From Octopus vulgaris (Eukaryota): a stretch of DNA of 64,000 nucleotides. Where the stretch lies: contig OX597823.1 in NCBI GenBank assembly GCA_951406725.2, forward strand, positions 116,312,001 to 116,376,000. The letters are read 5' to 3'. This document shows, piece after piece, positions 24,538-38,767 of this stretch. The position numbers and the translations under genes are program-made. The stretch's first letter is position 1; each line of letters begins with the position of its first letter. The notes under the pieces were generated by a model that was not told the DNA's origin, ran no database searches, and saw nothing but the letters and a program-made list of their open reading frames with translations.

Positions 24538-25187
24538 TTGTGCCAATAGTAGACAGGATTATTATGTCTTTGTGAGTAAATCCTGAATGCTGCATTATTT
24601 TGGATGATATAATCCAAATGTTGTTTCCCATTTACTTGTGCTAAATGTCTTGCTGTTTCCAATTGATTATTTCGGGGCACTTTAGGTTATGCTAGGATAC
24701 TTTAGGTGACTGCTGTGAATATTAGGATATTGGTTACTGCCACACTATTTTTTTATACTTAAATATTCTTCTCTTCACCATTGCTCTAAGGCAACATAGC
24801 TATTCTTTTCAAATCATTTCTTTCGTCTCAGCATATTGTATATGATCTTTTTATTCTACATAATGGCTTACTTTGCCTGTCTCTGGTTCTGCCATTCTCT
24901 GTGTGATTTCATTTCACATAGTAATCAAGACTGTACTCCAACGTGGTTAGTTCTATAGCTTTACAGTTTTGAAAATAGGATCCAACAATATCTCTAAGCT
25001 TCCAAACCATGGATACAGAGTAAATTACTGATTTGAACGATATTTCAACAGTAAGTCTGTCTTTGTCAAGTTCAAAATAAGAAGTGATAAAAATTCAAAA
25101 TTATAGAAACTTACATGTAAAGTATGAACGACAGCAACCAGTGTCCATTTATTGATGGAATGACATCATCAGTTTTTTAAGTTGATG

Positions 25188-25219
<32 letters not shown>

Positions 25220-25220
<1 letters not shown>

Positions 25221-25759
25221 CAGTACCAGGCAGTGGCTTGCATGGCTTTTGATATTAACTGATTGGAAGTGTTATAACATACATTGTTTTGTCTTGGTGT
25301 AAAAGATGAGCTACAGCAAATATTCTGCTGAATACCACAGATTTGCTTATCAGTTTGACCTTAACCAGTTGAGCATGTCCCTGAGTGGCTGATGATATGT
25401 GCATTTCTGATCACGAGTAGAAGTAGTGGGGGAGCATCATAACCATGTGTTGAGAGGGATTCTTTGGGGTTTGAATAATTCTCCTCTGGAAACATGGGTG
25501 TTACGTTTAGTATCCTTCCATAACCCTTATTCAGGGACCTTTTGAGCAGGATGGGCTACTCGACCAGAAGAAAATTCTAACTGGGCCCCACCTGCAAGGT
25601 CATGTGCTGTTGATCTTGATATGAGATCACCATGTCGCGCACATATGGTTGTGATGCATGTGCCTGGTGTACCCTTATCAGATGTGTAGTCATGATGGGT
25701 ATACTGAGCTTTGTATATTTTACCCCAGTGTCACTTTGATGGCATGCACTGCTCTCTCA

Positions 25760-25762
<3 letters not shown>
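25220..25762. mobile_element. ~545-bp element family E inserted in (AAT)n
   Basis: cagtaccaggcagtggct...ctgctctctcact; near-collinear second copy at 38213-38767. Both sit in AAT-repeat context. Confidence 0.85.
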
Positions 25763-25807
<45 letters not shown>

Positions 25808-26637
25808 TATAACAACGTGAAATAATGAAAGGGGAAATATGAACATTGAATGAACTAATCTGTGGAAACAATGTAAAAACCAGAAAAGGAAAAAAGATAA
25901 TGAGAAAACAGATTCTCACCAAGAGGCACAGGAGTGGCTGTGTGGTAAGCAGCTTGCTTACCAACCACATGGATCCGGGTTCAGTCCTATCAAGGTCAAT
26001 AAAATAAAGTACCAATCATACCAGTTGAGTACTTAGGTTGACAGTATCGGCTAACCTCAACCTCTCAGTATTGATGGCTTTCTGCCTAAATTAAAATCTG
26101 TTACAAGATTGCATGATATTACATCATAAAAGTTGAGTTTGTTTCCTGATTTTGACTCCCAGTTTTAATTCTTTCGCTTCAGTATTTAATTAATATTTAC
26201 CACAGACACCCCTCTATGACATCTCTAGATTTGACATGGAACACAAGCAATGATTCTGTGTCATTGCTTTAAAGAAGCCTACCAAAACAGAGAAGAGCTG
26301 ATATTAATTTGAGAATTCCATGATTTGAGATGTTGTAGGGGTCAACATAATCTTTCACCACTCCAAGACTCGCTGGCAACTAACAGCAACATACTCCATT
26401 CATTTAGCTGCTTCACCCTGCAGTATAAATATTGGTGCTTTGTTCACTTAAAAGTATTCCTTATTGGTTTATTTTGAGTAGTTATAAGAACCTCATAGTT
26501 TTGGGCAAGAAATAGCAATTTGTGATGTTCTTGATTTTCTAAAGTGTTCTAAGTGCTTGAAAGCAGATTGATTGAAGCTGGGAATGATGGACCCTTGTAG
26601 TATATTACAGAAAGTAATCATGACTTTCTCTATTATC

Positions 26638-26890
26638 ATAATCATCATCATCGTTTAGCGTCCGTTTTCCATGCTAGCATGGGTTGGATGGTTTGACCGG
26701 GGTCTGGGAAGCCAAGAGGCTGCACCAGGCTCCAGTCTGATCCGGCAGAGTTTCTACAGCTGGATGCCCTTCCTAACGCTAACCACTCCACGAGTGTAGT
26801 GGGTGCTTTTTACGTGCAACCGGCACAGGTGCCAGGAGAGGCTGGCAATGGCCATGATCAGTTGGTGCATTTTACGTGCCACCAGCACGG
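26638..26890 (-). mobile_element. Repeat family C
   Basis: catcatcatcgtttagcgtccgttttccatgctagcatggg...tacgtgccaccagcacgg. Confidence 0.85.
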
Positions 26891-27588
26891 AATTACTCTA
26901 TAGAAATTATATTTTGCATATAAAATGAATTATTTTTCTCTTCTCTCTTGCCTACATTTCTTCTTGGTACCATTGTCGTTTAACCCTTGGTCAATTCCAA
27001 ATGGACCAAAAGTACCCATGATCCCATGATCAAGGTATCCCATCTCTCACCATTGACTTTTTATTTCAAACACGATGTATCTAGGACTAAATTACCTAAT
27101 ATGTTATTCCATATTTGAGATAGTAGGTGTGTGTGATACTAGAAATATTTGGCTGCTATTTCTAACATGCTGATAACCATGTTAGAGATTCTCTCCTTGG
27201 CAGCGTTCATTGTTATTGCATTATTTCCAGAACACCAATGTAGGTCGCTGTAGATAATCCATTCTTAAAAATCTCTCTTGATTGGATTGATTGAAATAAA
27301 ATGCAGCAAGCAAGAACAAATCTAAAAGAAAGAACATTTTTCTGGAAAACAAGTGGATTCTTTTATTAGATGGTTTTGTATTTGAGTGACACGTCTGACT
27401 GAGAGCTGTGTGTTTCTTCCTAAAGAAGCTTATTGAACTCCTTACAAGAAGTAGATGTGTAGCTGATGGAGATGTGGGCTGTGATTATACAAGAGTCTCA
27501 CAGTTAGATCTCTTCCTGTTTTCTCCTTCCCTCCATCTCCCCTCTGCTCTCTCTCTCCCCATCTCTCTTTGTTTCTCTCTCTCACTCA

Positions 27589-27633
<45 letters not shown>

Positions 27634-28514
27634 TCTCTCTCATTCTCTCTTCCATTCTGTCTGACCTTGTACTGGTCATTTTTGCTTAGTTAATAATATC
27701 AATTCACTTTAGTTCTGCTCTGAGAGCCTATCTCTCCTCAAATATCTCAAACAAATCTGTTTACTGCTGTTTTAATTGATTTATTGATCTCAGTGCCATA
27801 TAGTGTACAGTAGAAAACTACACAATGCATAACTCTACACACCTCGCTTTTATTTTTCCATCTCTTAGCAACAAATACAATCTTGCATGCCAATTTCATG
27901 GTCAGATGATCCGTTCACCTACTTTTTAGAAAATTGTCTGTCATCAGTCTGAAAGGTTATTAAAATTTTCTTTTCCTTTAAAAAAATATTTTCCTATTGT
28001 TGTTGTTAATTTTGTTGTTGCTGTTGCAGTATAGAGGAAGGAGTTGCTTTTCTAATTCATGCTTCATTTACCTAATTAATTTTTTTCCTGTTCTGTTTGT
28101 TATTTTTTAACTCCACTTATATTGGAATACATACTTGAAGAGCAGTGGAAAATTTGACTGAAATAACAAGATGCCTGATATGTGAGGAGAACGATGAACA
28201 TTTTATTGTGTTCTTAAGTTAGATCTCAGAGGATTAACCTATTTTTCTGACACGGATTTAATTGGTCAATTCACAATCAGTTTTGTAGCAGACAGCTTAC
28301 CAAATGCAGGGTTAACTAGTGTCTATGAAATATTACATATTCTGTTATGGTTTTTACATCTTAAGCTATTCCTCATTCCGGTCTCTCAGTGTTTATCATA
28401 TATTCTATTGGTGTTGGTCACTATCATAACAAGTTTTGTATAATCTTCACTAAAGAGTTGACTCCTTTGACCAATCAGGAAAAGATGGGGCATTGGAAAG
28501 TTAAAGAGAATGGC

Positions 28515-28857
28515 CAACTGGCTTCCATGCCGGTGGCATGTAAAAGGGCACCATTCGAGCGTGATCATTACCAATGTCAACTTACTGGCACCTGTGCCGG
28601 TGGCATGTGTAAAAAGATTCAAGCGAGGTCATTGCCAGTACCGCCTGACTGGCCCCCGTGCCGGTGGCACGTAAAAAGCACCCACTACACTCTCGGAGTG
28701 GTTGGCATTAGGAAGGGCATCCAGCTGTAGAAACTCTGCCAGATCAGATTGGAGACTGGTGCAGCCATCTGGTTCGCCAGTCCTCAGTCTAATCGTCCAA
28801 CCCATACTAGCATGGAAAGCGGACGTTAAATGAGGAGGATGATGATGATGATGATGA
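28515..28857 (+). mobile_element. Repeat family C, with internal tandem gccggtggcatgtaaaa units
   Basis: Three gccggtggca(t/c)gt units, then ggttggcattaggaagggcatccagctgtag...ggacgttaaa and (GAT)n. Confidence 0.85.
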
Positions 28858-28889
28858 CATGTTGATCCAATTAGAGATATATCTATAAG

Positions 28890-29260
28890 GCATGGCTATG
28901 TGGTAAGAGGTTTGTTTCCAAACCACATGATTCTGGGTTCAGTTCCCTCACTTTGTGGCACTTTGGACAATTCTCTTCTACTGAAGCTCAGGGTTGACCA
29001 AAACTTTGTAAGTGGATTTGGTAGATGGAAACTGAGAGAAGCCTATTATGTGTGTGTGTGTGTGTTCTATCATCGCCTAACAACTGATGTTAGTTTGTTT
29101 ATGTCCTTGTAACTTAGCAGTTCAGCAAAAGAGACCAACAGAATAAATACCAGATTTTAAAACATAAATACTGGGTTCAATTTGTTTGACTAAAACCTTC
29201 AAGGCAGTGCCCCAGCTTGGCCACAGTCCAGTGACTCAAACTAGTAAAAGATAAAAGATA
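28890..29260 (+). mobile_element. SINE family A, older subfamily
   Basis: tggctatgtggtaagag...gtggatttggtagatggaaactg...gtaaaagataaaagata. Confidence 0.8.
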
Positions 29261-29651
29261 GAACCTTATACATCATCATCGGTAGCAGCAGCAATCGTTA
29301 TCGTTACAGGTTAAATAATTAGTTGGTGAGAGAAGGAGTGGATAATAGCCCCAAACTTTTGTGGATCCTTTCAGACCAGCAGAAGAGAGGAACATTTGAA
29401 TTTCTTTACACTGACTTACTTCTGCAGGAAAAGTTTGGTTCAAAAAACATTCAGAGTTTTTATAGAGATTCCCATTTATAGGGAAATACTTATTGAACGA
29501 TATTTCTCATGTGACATGAAATTGGGAAAATTAGAGGAAAATAGATGGAAATGTAGAATGAACTTTTCTGGAAGACATGAGAATTGATAATTTGATGGAA
29601 TAGAAGAGGTGGTAGTAGTTGCAGTAACAGCTATAGCAGCAACAGCAGCAA

Positions 29652-30032
29652 GTGGAGGCGCAATGGCCCAGTGGTTAGGGCAGCGGACTCGCGGTCGGAG
29701 GATCGCGGTTTCGATTCCCAGACCAGGCATTGTGTGTGTTTATTGAGCAAAAACACCTAAAGCTCCACGTGGCTCCGGCAGGGGGTGGTAGCGACCCCTG
29801 TTGTACTCTTTCGCTCCAACTTTCTCTCACTCTTTCTTTCGGTTTCTTGTCCCTAACTTCCTACGCAACCGCTGAGCCTGAATGCGTATTCATCCATCCG
29901 TTGATGCTCTCGGGGGTTGACCTGCTTTCTCTTCTGCGGGTCTTACAAATAGCAAAGGACCACATTTCGGACTTCTACAGACAATCCTGAGGCGCGATCT
30001 TGTGAGCTCTGGGACAAAGACCGCTATGCTCA
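29652..30032 (+). mobile_element. SINE family D (tail type 2)
   Basis: gtggaggcgcaatggcccagtggttagggcagcggactcgcggtc...ggtttcgattccc; CpG-rich 3' part unlike other D copies; flanked by (AGC/AAC)n. Confidence 0.85.
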
Positions 30033-30465
30033 ACAGCAATAGCAGCAAGATGCAATTTATATATTAGTCAGTGATTGCAGCATTTTGGTGAGTGAGTCTT
30101 CACCAATTGAGTGAATAGTCTTATTTTATCACTCAGACTACCATATCGCAATCATGATACCACTTGGGGTACTATATTCCAATCATGTTCTTACCCAGAG
30201 TAACACATTTCCACAACATTATCATCTAGACTGCCATACGTCTGTTGTGGCCATGTTGTCATTCAAAGTACCATTTCCTTAGCCAGACAGTCACTTGCAG
30301 TACCTTACTCCAATCATAGCCATATTATGAAGTATCTCACATGTAGAAACTTCTTTCGAATATTCTAAGGGCAGTTCCTTTTCTTTTTATGGATATGTTT
30401 TGATAACAGGTTTTACCTAACAATATATCATATCTGATACTGTGTCAATTTGGTAATAATTTATC

Positions 30466-30612
30466 TCAGGTATGTATAGCAGGTATATATAGCAGGTATA
30501 TATATATCAGGTATATATATCAGGTATATATATCTTATATATATCTTAAATATATCTTATATATATCTTATATATATCTTATATATATATCTTATATATC
30601 AGGTATATATAT
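30466..30612. repeat. Low-complexity tandem (CAGGTATATAT)/(TATATATCT) repeat
   Basis: Directly visible. Confidence 0.85.
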
Positions 30613-30960
30613 CTTCCTCTCTATCTTATCTCCCTTATCATATCCCTCTACGTCATATCTCCCTCCAAATCACATCTCCTTTTGTATCATGTCTTTCTCT
30701 ATAGCATATCTCTTTCTTTGTCATATCCTCCCCCTCTATATCACATCGTTCTACTGAATTGTATTCTAAGTTCTATGCCATAGAATATCACCAAACGATG
30801 TGGTGCATTTCTTCTAATTTCTTTTTCCAATCATCAGTCAGGACATTGAATTGCATCCAGTGGTGACCCTCCAGTTCTAAAGTTTGGAGGAGTATGGTGT
30901 AGCATTGCCAAGAGTGCATAAGTAGAGAGTAGGGAGTTCGTGTGAATGCAAAGAGATGGT

Positions 30961-31277
30961 GTGGAGGCACATGGCCTAGTGGTTAGAGTAGCGGACTTGC
31001 AGTCGAGGGATCACAGGTTCGAATCTCCCAGGCGATATGTGTGTTTATGAGCGAAACACCTAAGCTCCACGCGGCTCCGGCAGAAGGTAATGGCGAACTT
31101 CTGCTGACTCTTTCGCCACAGCTTTCTCTCACTCTTTCCTCCTGCATCTTGCAGCTCACCTGCGATGGACTGGCGTCCCGTCCAGGTGGGGGGAACTTAT
31201 ATGCCAAGGAAACCGGGAAACTGGCCCTTATGAGCCAGGCATGGCTCGAGAAGGAACAAACAACAAAACAAAACAAA
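30961..31277 (+). mobile_element. SINE family D (tail type 1)
   Basis: gtggaggcacatggcctagtggttagag...ggttcgaatctc...gatggactggcgtcccgtccaggtgggg...(aacaa)n. Confidence 0.85.
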
Positions 31278-31992
31278 GAGATAGTGGTGGGGACAACAGG
31301 CTAGTGAGGATACAGTGAGCAGGACTGGGGGGAGGGAAGAGGATTGGGCTTCAGAAATGGGGAGGGAGAGATTGATGTGCATAAGCATAGTGCATGCAAA
31401 AGAGGAAATGTGAGGAAAAGGTGAAGAGATGTATTTTGGTTTATTGGGAACACAAAGATTGGAGCCTGGTGCAGCCATCTGGTTTGCCAGTCCTCAGTCA
31501 AATCGTCCAACGATGATGATGATGATGATGATGGTGGTGGGTGGTGGTGGTGGTGGTGGTGATGATGTTGATGATGCTGCCGCCGCCACCACCTCAGCCG
31601 ATGTCACGAGACTCAGTTTCACTTCCAGAACTCAGTTTTGCTGAGTTAAGTGCGTTTTCTCAAGAACCTCATATTGCCAGACATCTCAGTCCATTGTCAT
31701 CTCCTCCATGAAGCCCAACATCCTGAGATCAATCTTCACTACTACTTGGAAAAAGATTAGGAAAGATAAGGAGAAATTTGAAATACTGAAGCTCACTCTG
31801 CTACAGCTTATATGTTGGTCAAACTAGCCACTGTTCAGCTAACAGACATGTTCATGATATCCAGTTTGGCTTTGCAAACTGGATCCAAGAAATCTAGATT
31901 TCATAGGGAACAGCATTCTGTTTTTCCCTCCAAATCCACACTCCTTTTAACCTTAGCAGCTCACTAGCCATCCTGCTCTTATCCCTTCTTTG

Positions 31993-32142
31993 ATACACAC
32001 ACACACACAAGTATATGTATTACACACACACACACAAGTATATGTATTACACACACGCACACATGTATATGTATTACACACACACACAAGTATATGTATT
32101 ACACACACACACACACACACAAGTATATGTGTTACACACACA
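31993..32142. repeat. Minisatellite (CA)n-AAGTATATGTATT, about 5 units
   Basis: Directly visible. Confidence 0.85.
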
Positions 32143-32464
32143 CCTAACAAGAGAAGCCTGACCATGCACATCCTGTCATGTACACAAAAATACACAACAC
32201 GTAGACGACTTTGCACTCTTGTAAAACTCCTTTTCCACACATTTCAAGTACATACAGACTCACTTACACAGAAATACGCCTCTATCTTATGCTTCAGGTC
32301 GCTCCATTAACCCACACTTCAACTTCTGGTCAGTCAATGGCCAGTATGTACATGAATAGAGATACAAACATATACACTCACTGTACAGTATGACAGAGAG
32401 ATACATTCCTACAGACACACATAAATGCACATGTATGTACAAATGATGGATATTAAATTATATA

Positions 32465-32792
32465 TGTACCTGTGCTGGTGGCATGTAAAGAGCACCGTCC
32501 AAACATGGCAGATGCCAGCGCCGCCTGACTGGTGTCCGTGCCGGTGACACATAAAAGTACCAACCAATCATGGCCGTTTGCCAACCTCCTCTGGCACCTG
32601 TGCCGGTGGCACATAAAAAACACCCACTACACTCACGGAGTTGTTAGCGTTAGGAAGGGCATCCGGCTGTAGAAACACTGCCAGATCAAACTGGAGCCTG
32701 GTGCAGCCTCCATGGCTTACCAGACCCCGGTTGAACCGTCCAACCCATGCTAGCATGGAAAACGGACGTTAAATGATGATGATGATGATGAT
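32465..32792 (+). mobile_element. Repeat family C
   Basis: gtgccggtggcacataaaa units...cgtccaacccatgctagcatggaaaacggacgttaaatgatgat. Confidence 0.85.
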
Positions 32793-33119
32793 ATATATAC
32801 ACACATGCACAAACACGTGATACACAAAAACCAAGTACACTGCTGTTCCATACAACTACTGTTCTATATCCTCACACACACACATGCACACACATGCGCT
32901 AGCACATACATGCACACTCACACACACACACAGTAATGCATATACAGACACATGCCTCTCTTTGCACTTGCTCCCCTCTCTTAAAACAGTCCATTTTGTT
33001 CATCATCCAACTTCTGGTCAGTCAATGGCAAACATGTAGATTTCAATTGATTATTCATATCTTCTTTTTCTTTGTCTTTTCCACTCTACACTTATCTAAG
33101 GAAGGGAAATGTCTGAACT

Positions 33120-33273
33120 GGAGTGGCTGTGTGGTAAGTAGCTTGCTTACTAACCACATGGTTCCGGGTTCATTCCCACTGCGTTGCAACTTGGGTAAGT
33201 GTCTTCTACTATAGCCTCAGGCCAACCAAAGCCTTGTGAGTGGATTTGGTAGATGGAAACTGAAAGAAGTCCG

Positions 33274-33326
<53 letters not shown>

Positions 33327-33568
33327 GTGTGTGTGTGTGTGTTTGTTTGTGTGTTTATGTTTGTGTGTCTGTGTTTGTCCCGAACATCACTTGACAACCG
33401 ATGTTGGTGTGTTTACGTCCCTGTCACTTAGCGGTTCGGCAAAAGAGACCGATAGAATAAGTACTAGGCTTACAAAGAATAAGTCCTGGGATCAATTTGC
33501 TCGACTGAAAGGCAGTGCTCCAGCATGGCCTCAGTCAAATGACTGAAACAAGTAAAAGAGTAAAAGAG
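33120..33568 (+). mobile_element. SINE family A
   Basis: Complete copy. Confidence 0.9.
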
Positions 33569-33936
33569 AACAGTTAACTCTTTCCATTTCTTTGAGTATC
33601 AAGCAAAAAAAATTTCATTGTGAATTCATCTCATATCTTTGTTGATTTGTATCTTATTTTATGTCCTTTGTTGTATGAATGTTATGTATGTATTTTACGA
33701 TATGGTTTTATTTCTCAATTTCTTGCCAATGGTGAAAGAGCCAGTTTCTAACCTGAACCCAAGGTATGTATATAATGTATGTAAGGTGTATGTGTATGTC
33801 GTGTGTATGATGTATGCATGTAATGTATCCTTGCATGTATGTATTTATGCATGCATGTATGTACTTAGGTATTTATGCATGTAATGTGTGTATAAATTAT
33901 GTAATGTGTGCATAAATTATGTAATGTGTGCATATA

Positions 33937-34119
33937 CTCTTTTACTCTTTTACTTGTTTTACTCATATGACTGTGGCCATGCTGGAGCACTGCCTTTCGT
34001 CTCCAGGACTTATTCTTTGTAAGCCTAGTACTTATTCTATCGGTCTCTTTTGCCGAACTGCTAAGTTATGGCAACGTAAACAAGCGATGTTGGGGGGACA
34101 AACACAAACACACAAACCT

Positions 34120-34150
<31 letters not shown>

Positions 34151-34317
34151 CATATACACGACGGGCTTCTTTCAGTTTCCGTCTACCAAATCCACTCACA
34201 AGGCTTTGGTCGACCCGAGGCAATAGTTGAAGATTCTTGCCCAAGGTGTCATGCAGTGGGACTGAACCCGGAACCATGTGATTGGTAAACAAGCTACTTA
34301 CCACACAGCCACTCCTA
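33937..34317 (-). mobile_element. SINE family A
   Basis: Reverse-complement copy with internal deletions; forms an inverted pair with 33120-33568. Confidence 0.9.
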
Positions 34318-36228
34318 CTCATATACATATGTAATGTGTGCATATATATACTTATGTATTTATGCATGTAATGTGTGCATGTATGTATGTATTTAGGCAT
34401 GTATGTAATGTCAGGTTGCTTTTGGGTGCTACTGGTAACATGTAGCCCAGTGCCATCTGTTGCATGGTTGGGTCATCAACAACCAAACTGGCAACCCCTT
34501 CAGACTTGTTTGTGAGGACAGTGATTGTTGGACTTCCTGCAGGATGAAAAATAAGACCTGTTGAAGGGCAGAGGAGCTCATGAGCAGTCAATGGCCATCT
34601 AACAGCATGTGTAAATGTGTATGTATGCATGTATGTGTGTGCAAGGACATGGGAATAGCTGGGTTGGTGTTCAAGCACTGGCAGTGGGTGGCCTCTATGT
34701 TGTTGTCACAATATCTCTCTCTAGGAGAGGGAAACTCTGAGAGAAAGCCAGCAACACTGACAGTATTTGCTGATGTAGACTGGTTCATCTTTTCGAGTTT
34801 ATGTTGTCTGTGTTCAGAGAGAAGGATTGGATTTGTGAAAATCCTTCCCCACTATAAAAAAAAAAATCCTCATGCACAGAAAAAAGGGAGACCTATCACA
34901 AAAATGGCTGGTCATAGCCTTTGCATGTGTGGGATTTTCGATCAGGTGATGGCAATACTCAAACATGAGTTTCCTGCCATCATGTATGTAATGTAGATAT
35001 GTATTCACATACACACCCTCGTCATATTTTGTAGCAACATTCAGGAACATGACAGAGACCATTGACTTTACATTCATCAGTTGAAATTTTATTAAAGCAG
35101 TTTTGATGTCCCCCGAGTCAAAGAGTGAGGCTCTACTCATTTTTATTTTTAGTAGTATTTTTTTTATTTATTATTTTTGTCATTTATTTTACTATTGTTA
35201 TATCTAGCTTTTGAGGAGACAACATCAACAAGACTTGTCATAGATACCGGAATAACTTCTAAACAAACATGCAAATATTCAAAATTTCAAAGACCACCAT
35301 GCTCAGATTTTACACACACACCAAAAAAAAAAAAACCATTGGTCATGCAAGTTTGTGCATATGTGTATATATGTGTATATATGTGTATATATGTGTATAT
35401 ATGTGTAAAGTTTTGGTTTTAAACTAAAACATAGCAATTTTCATATTATGCAGGCTGCACTTTATCTGATTATGTCATCTAAGCATTTTATGTGTGTGTA
35501 GCTTAAGCTGTGTGCATGTTTCTAAGTATATATGCATACATAAATCATGTGTGTCTAAATTTGTGCATATATATGCAATGGTGCACATGTGTGTATTTTC
35601 TGCATGCATAATTCATATCAGGTTTTAATAACCATATTTCTGTTCTATCTTCTTTCTGGCTAATGATAGAGGGGTTTATATTTACACTTTGTGTAAATAT
35701 AAATTTTAATTATAAACATCAATGTTTCTGTAATGTGTGTGAGTGTGCGCGTGTGTGTGTGTGTGTGTGTGAATGTTTGTTAGCATGTATATCTGGTTAT
35801 ATGCTAAGGTATGTATGCACACTGACACATCTATTCGGATTTACACACTGATATGTGTGTGTATGTGTATACACACACATGTTTGCACATTTAAGTACTT
35901 AGGTAGGTGTGTGTGTGTATATGTGTGTGCGTTTGTGTGTGTGTGTGTTTGCGTGTGTGTGTGTGTGTGTGGAGAAATATATGTATATGTGTTCATAGAC
36001 TCAAACACACACATAGATATATAATCATAAATGTGTCTGATATGTGTAGATCTATGTGTGTGCATGTATGTATGTGTGTTTATATGTGTCTGTAACTATA
36101 TGCATACACACACACACACACATGTATATTAATATGTATCTATGTACATTAATATATATGTATTTGTAGCTGAATGTATGTGCATGCTTATATGTATATA
36201 TATATACATATATATATATAAAACATAA

Positions 36229-36265
<37 letters not shown>

Positions 36266-36278
36266 AACATAAATATAT

Positions 36279-36349
<71 letters not shown>

Positions 36350-36749
36350 AAGCCATACATACTTCCAAGCATTAAAAAAATTCTTCTAATTTATTGCTTC
36401 TGATTATATTAAAGAAATTTGCTTCTCAATTTTCTATTGATTTATTAATGCTAACATACATTCTGTCATCCAATTTGCTTTTTCTGTATTCTTTCTTGCT
36501 TTTTGTTCTCTACTTTCTCCTTTTCTCATCATATTTGGTAAGCCATCATTTGATGGCGTCAATCTCCTGTAGGATTATTGCATGTTTCATATGTATAACA
36601 CATCAAAGTGTTAAAATATTGATCACTTCTGCACCTCCACCCCCTTACTAATACTTTACAATGTTATCTGGGTTTTACGGACTTAATCTATACATATGTT
36701 GTGTGTGAGTGTTATATATGTATATATATATATATTATATATATATATG

Positions 36750-36804
<55 letters not shown>

Positions 36805-36880
36805 TCAAAATAAGCAACAAGAATGACTCTGGTATATATATATGCATATATATATGTGTATATGTATATATATGTATATC

Positions 36881-36933
<53 letters not shown>

Positions 36934-37102
36934 GTATATCTATATATATGTATATATATGTATATCTATATATATGTATATATATGTATATATATATATG
37001 TATATCTATATATATGTATATCTATATATATGTATACATATGTATATCTATATGTATGTATATGTATATATATATGTGTATATATGTTTGTGTGTGTGAG
37101 TC

Positions 37103-37139
<37 letters not shown>

Positions 37140-37768
37140 TCCGTCTTTCTGCTGCTCTTTTAAAACCTGGTCCTGTTTTCACAACTGTCCCTTTAACATC
37201 TTTCAACATTCTCATCATCCTCATTGTGCATTTTCATCATCATCACCATCATCATCATCAACATCATTATCATTATCTGACCTTTATATTCATAAATTTC
37301 GTCATTGTCATCGTCATCATTTAGCACCTATAGTGATGGTAATGTAGATTGTAATAAGGCCAATGGTGATGGCAACAGTAATAACGAATGATAATGATTG
37401 GTTTGCTAATAAAGACTGTGTCCTGGAAGTTGTTAGGCTCATGGTATTGGTAGAAATATTAGCAGTCACAACTTGTTGCCTATAACAATAACAATAATGA
37501 TAATAATAATTCTTTCTACTGTAGGTATAAGGCCTGAAATTCTTTTTTTTCAATTTTTATTTTGGTAGAGGTTAGTCTGTTACATAGACACCAATGCTCA
37601 GTTGCTTCCCATTTTAATGACCCCAAAAGGATGAAAGGCAAAGCAAAATTTGAATCTCAGAGGAATTTGCAATTAGAGTATAAAGCCGAAAGAAATGCTA
37701 CTAAGGATTTCATATGACATGCTAATAATTCTACCAGCTCATCCATTATAATAATAATAATAATAATA

Positions 37769-37810
<42 letters not shown>

Positions 37811-37946
37811 GCAGATAATAGCACAGCTTGGAACCACTCGAATACTCCAGAAGGTTCTCGAAAAATAAGTGGTGTTACCTTAGTTCACTGGTAGTGAACA
37901 GCTGACACTGTCATACATCTCCAGCGTTAGAAGCTGTGCAAAGGCA
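37811..37946 (+). mobile_element. 3' end of an R4/Dong-like (RLE-type) non-LTR retrotransposon
   Basis: QIIAQLGTTRILQKVLEK* matches the LQKxxLLGTARILRKVL C-terminus; short 3' UTR runs into (AAT)n. Confidence 0.7.
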
Positions 37947-37987
37947 ATAATAATAATAATAATAATAATAATGATGATGATAATAAT

Positions 37988-38142
37988 AAAAGTTTATCTC
38001 TTAGGGACAGCAAGTATTATCAAGAGGGTTCTAAGCACTTGAAAGACAACTAAAAATTTGTGGATACATAAGGTTACAGTTAGTAACCTGCTACCTACAT
38101 AAATCCTACCAAGAATATGATTGAATTTGAGCCAAACCAAAA
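37988..38142 (+). mobile_element. 3' end of a second R4/Dong-like family
   Basis: KVYLLGTASIIKRVLST*, then a different 3' UTR and (AAT/GAT)n. Confidence 0.65.
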
Positions 38143-38162
38143 TAATGATGATGATGATGATG

Positions 38163-38212
<50 letters not shown>

Positions 38213-38767
38213 TGCCCTGATTCAGTACCAGGCAGTGGCTCTCGTGGTTTTTGATCTTAACTGATTGAAAGTGTTTTCATGTACATTGTTTTGACTTGGT
38301 ATTAAAGATGGACTACAGTAAATATTTTGCTCAATACCACAGATTTACTTGCCAGTTGTTTGACCTTAACCAGTTGAGCATTCCCTTAGTGGCTGACGAT
38401 ATGTGCATCTCTGATCACAAGCAGAAGTAGTTGGGGAGCATCAAAGCCATGTGTTGAGAGGAATTCTTTGGGGTTTGAATAATTCACCTCTGGAAACAGG
38501 GGTGTTATGTTCAGTATCCTTCCATAACCCTTATTTCGGGACCTTTTGTGTGGGATGGGTTATTCGACCAGAAGAAAATTCTAACTGGGCCCCACCTGCA
38601 GGGTCATTTGTTGTTTGTCTTGATATTAGATCACCATGTTATGCACATATGGTTGTAATGCATGTGCCTGGTGTACCCTTATCAGACAGGTAGTCATGAT
38701 GGGTATACTGAGCTTCATATATTTTACTCCAGTGTAACTTTGATTGCACGCTCTGCTCTCTCACTCA
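38213..38767. mobile_element. Element family E, second copy
   Basis: Collinear with 25220-25762; preceded by (AAT)n. Confidence 0.85.

Noticed and set aside
29652-29730. tRNA gene candidates (also 30961 and 55438)
   Set aside because: A and B boxes are present, but each continues into SINE body sequence found in other copies, and no complete cloverleaf with terminator was seen.
34580-35140. 138-aa and 108-aa ORFs in non-repetitive-looking DNA
   Set aside because: No recognisable domain or convincing splice structure; the faint FDQV resemblance to an RT motif is too weak.
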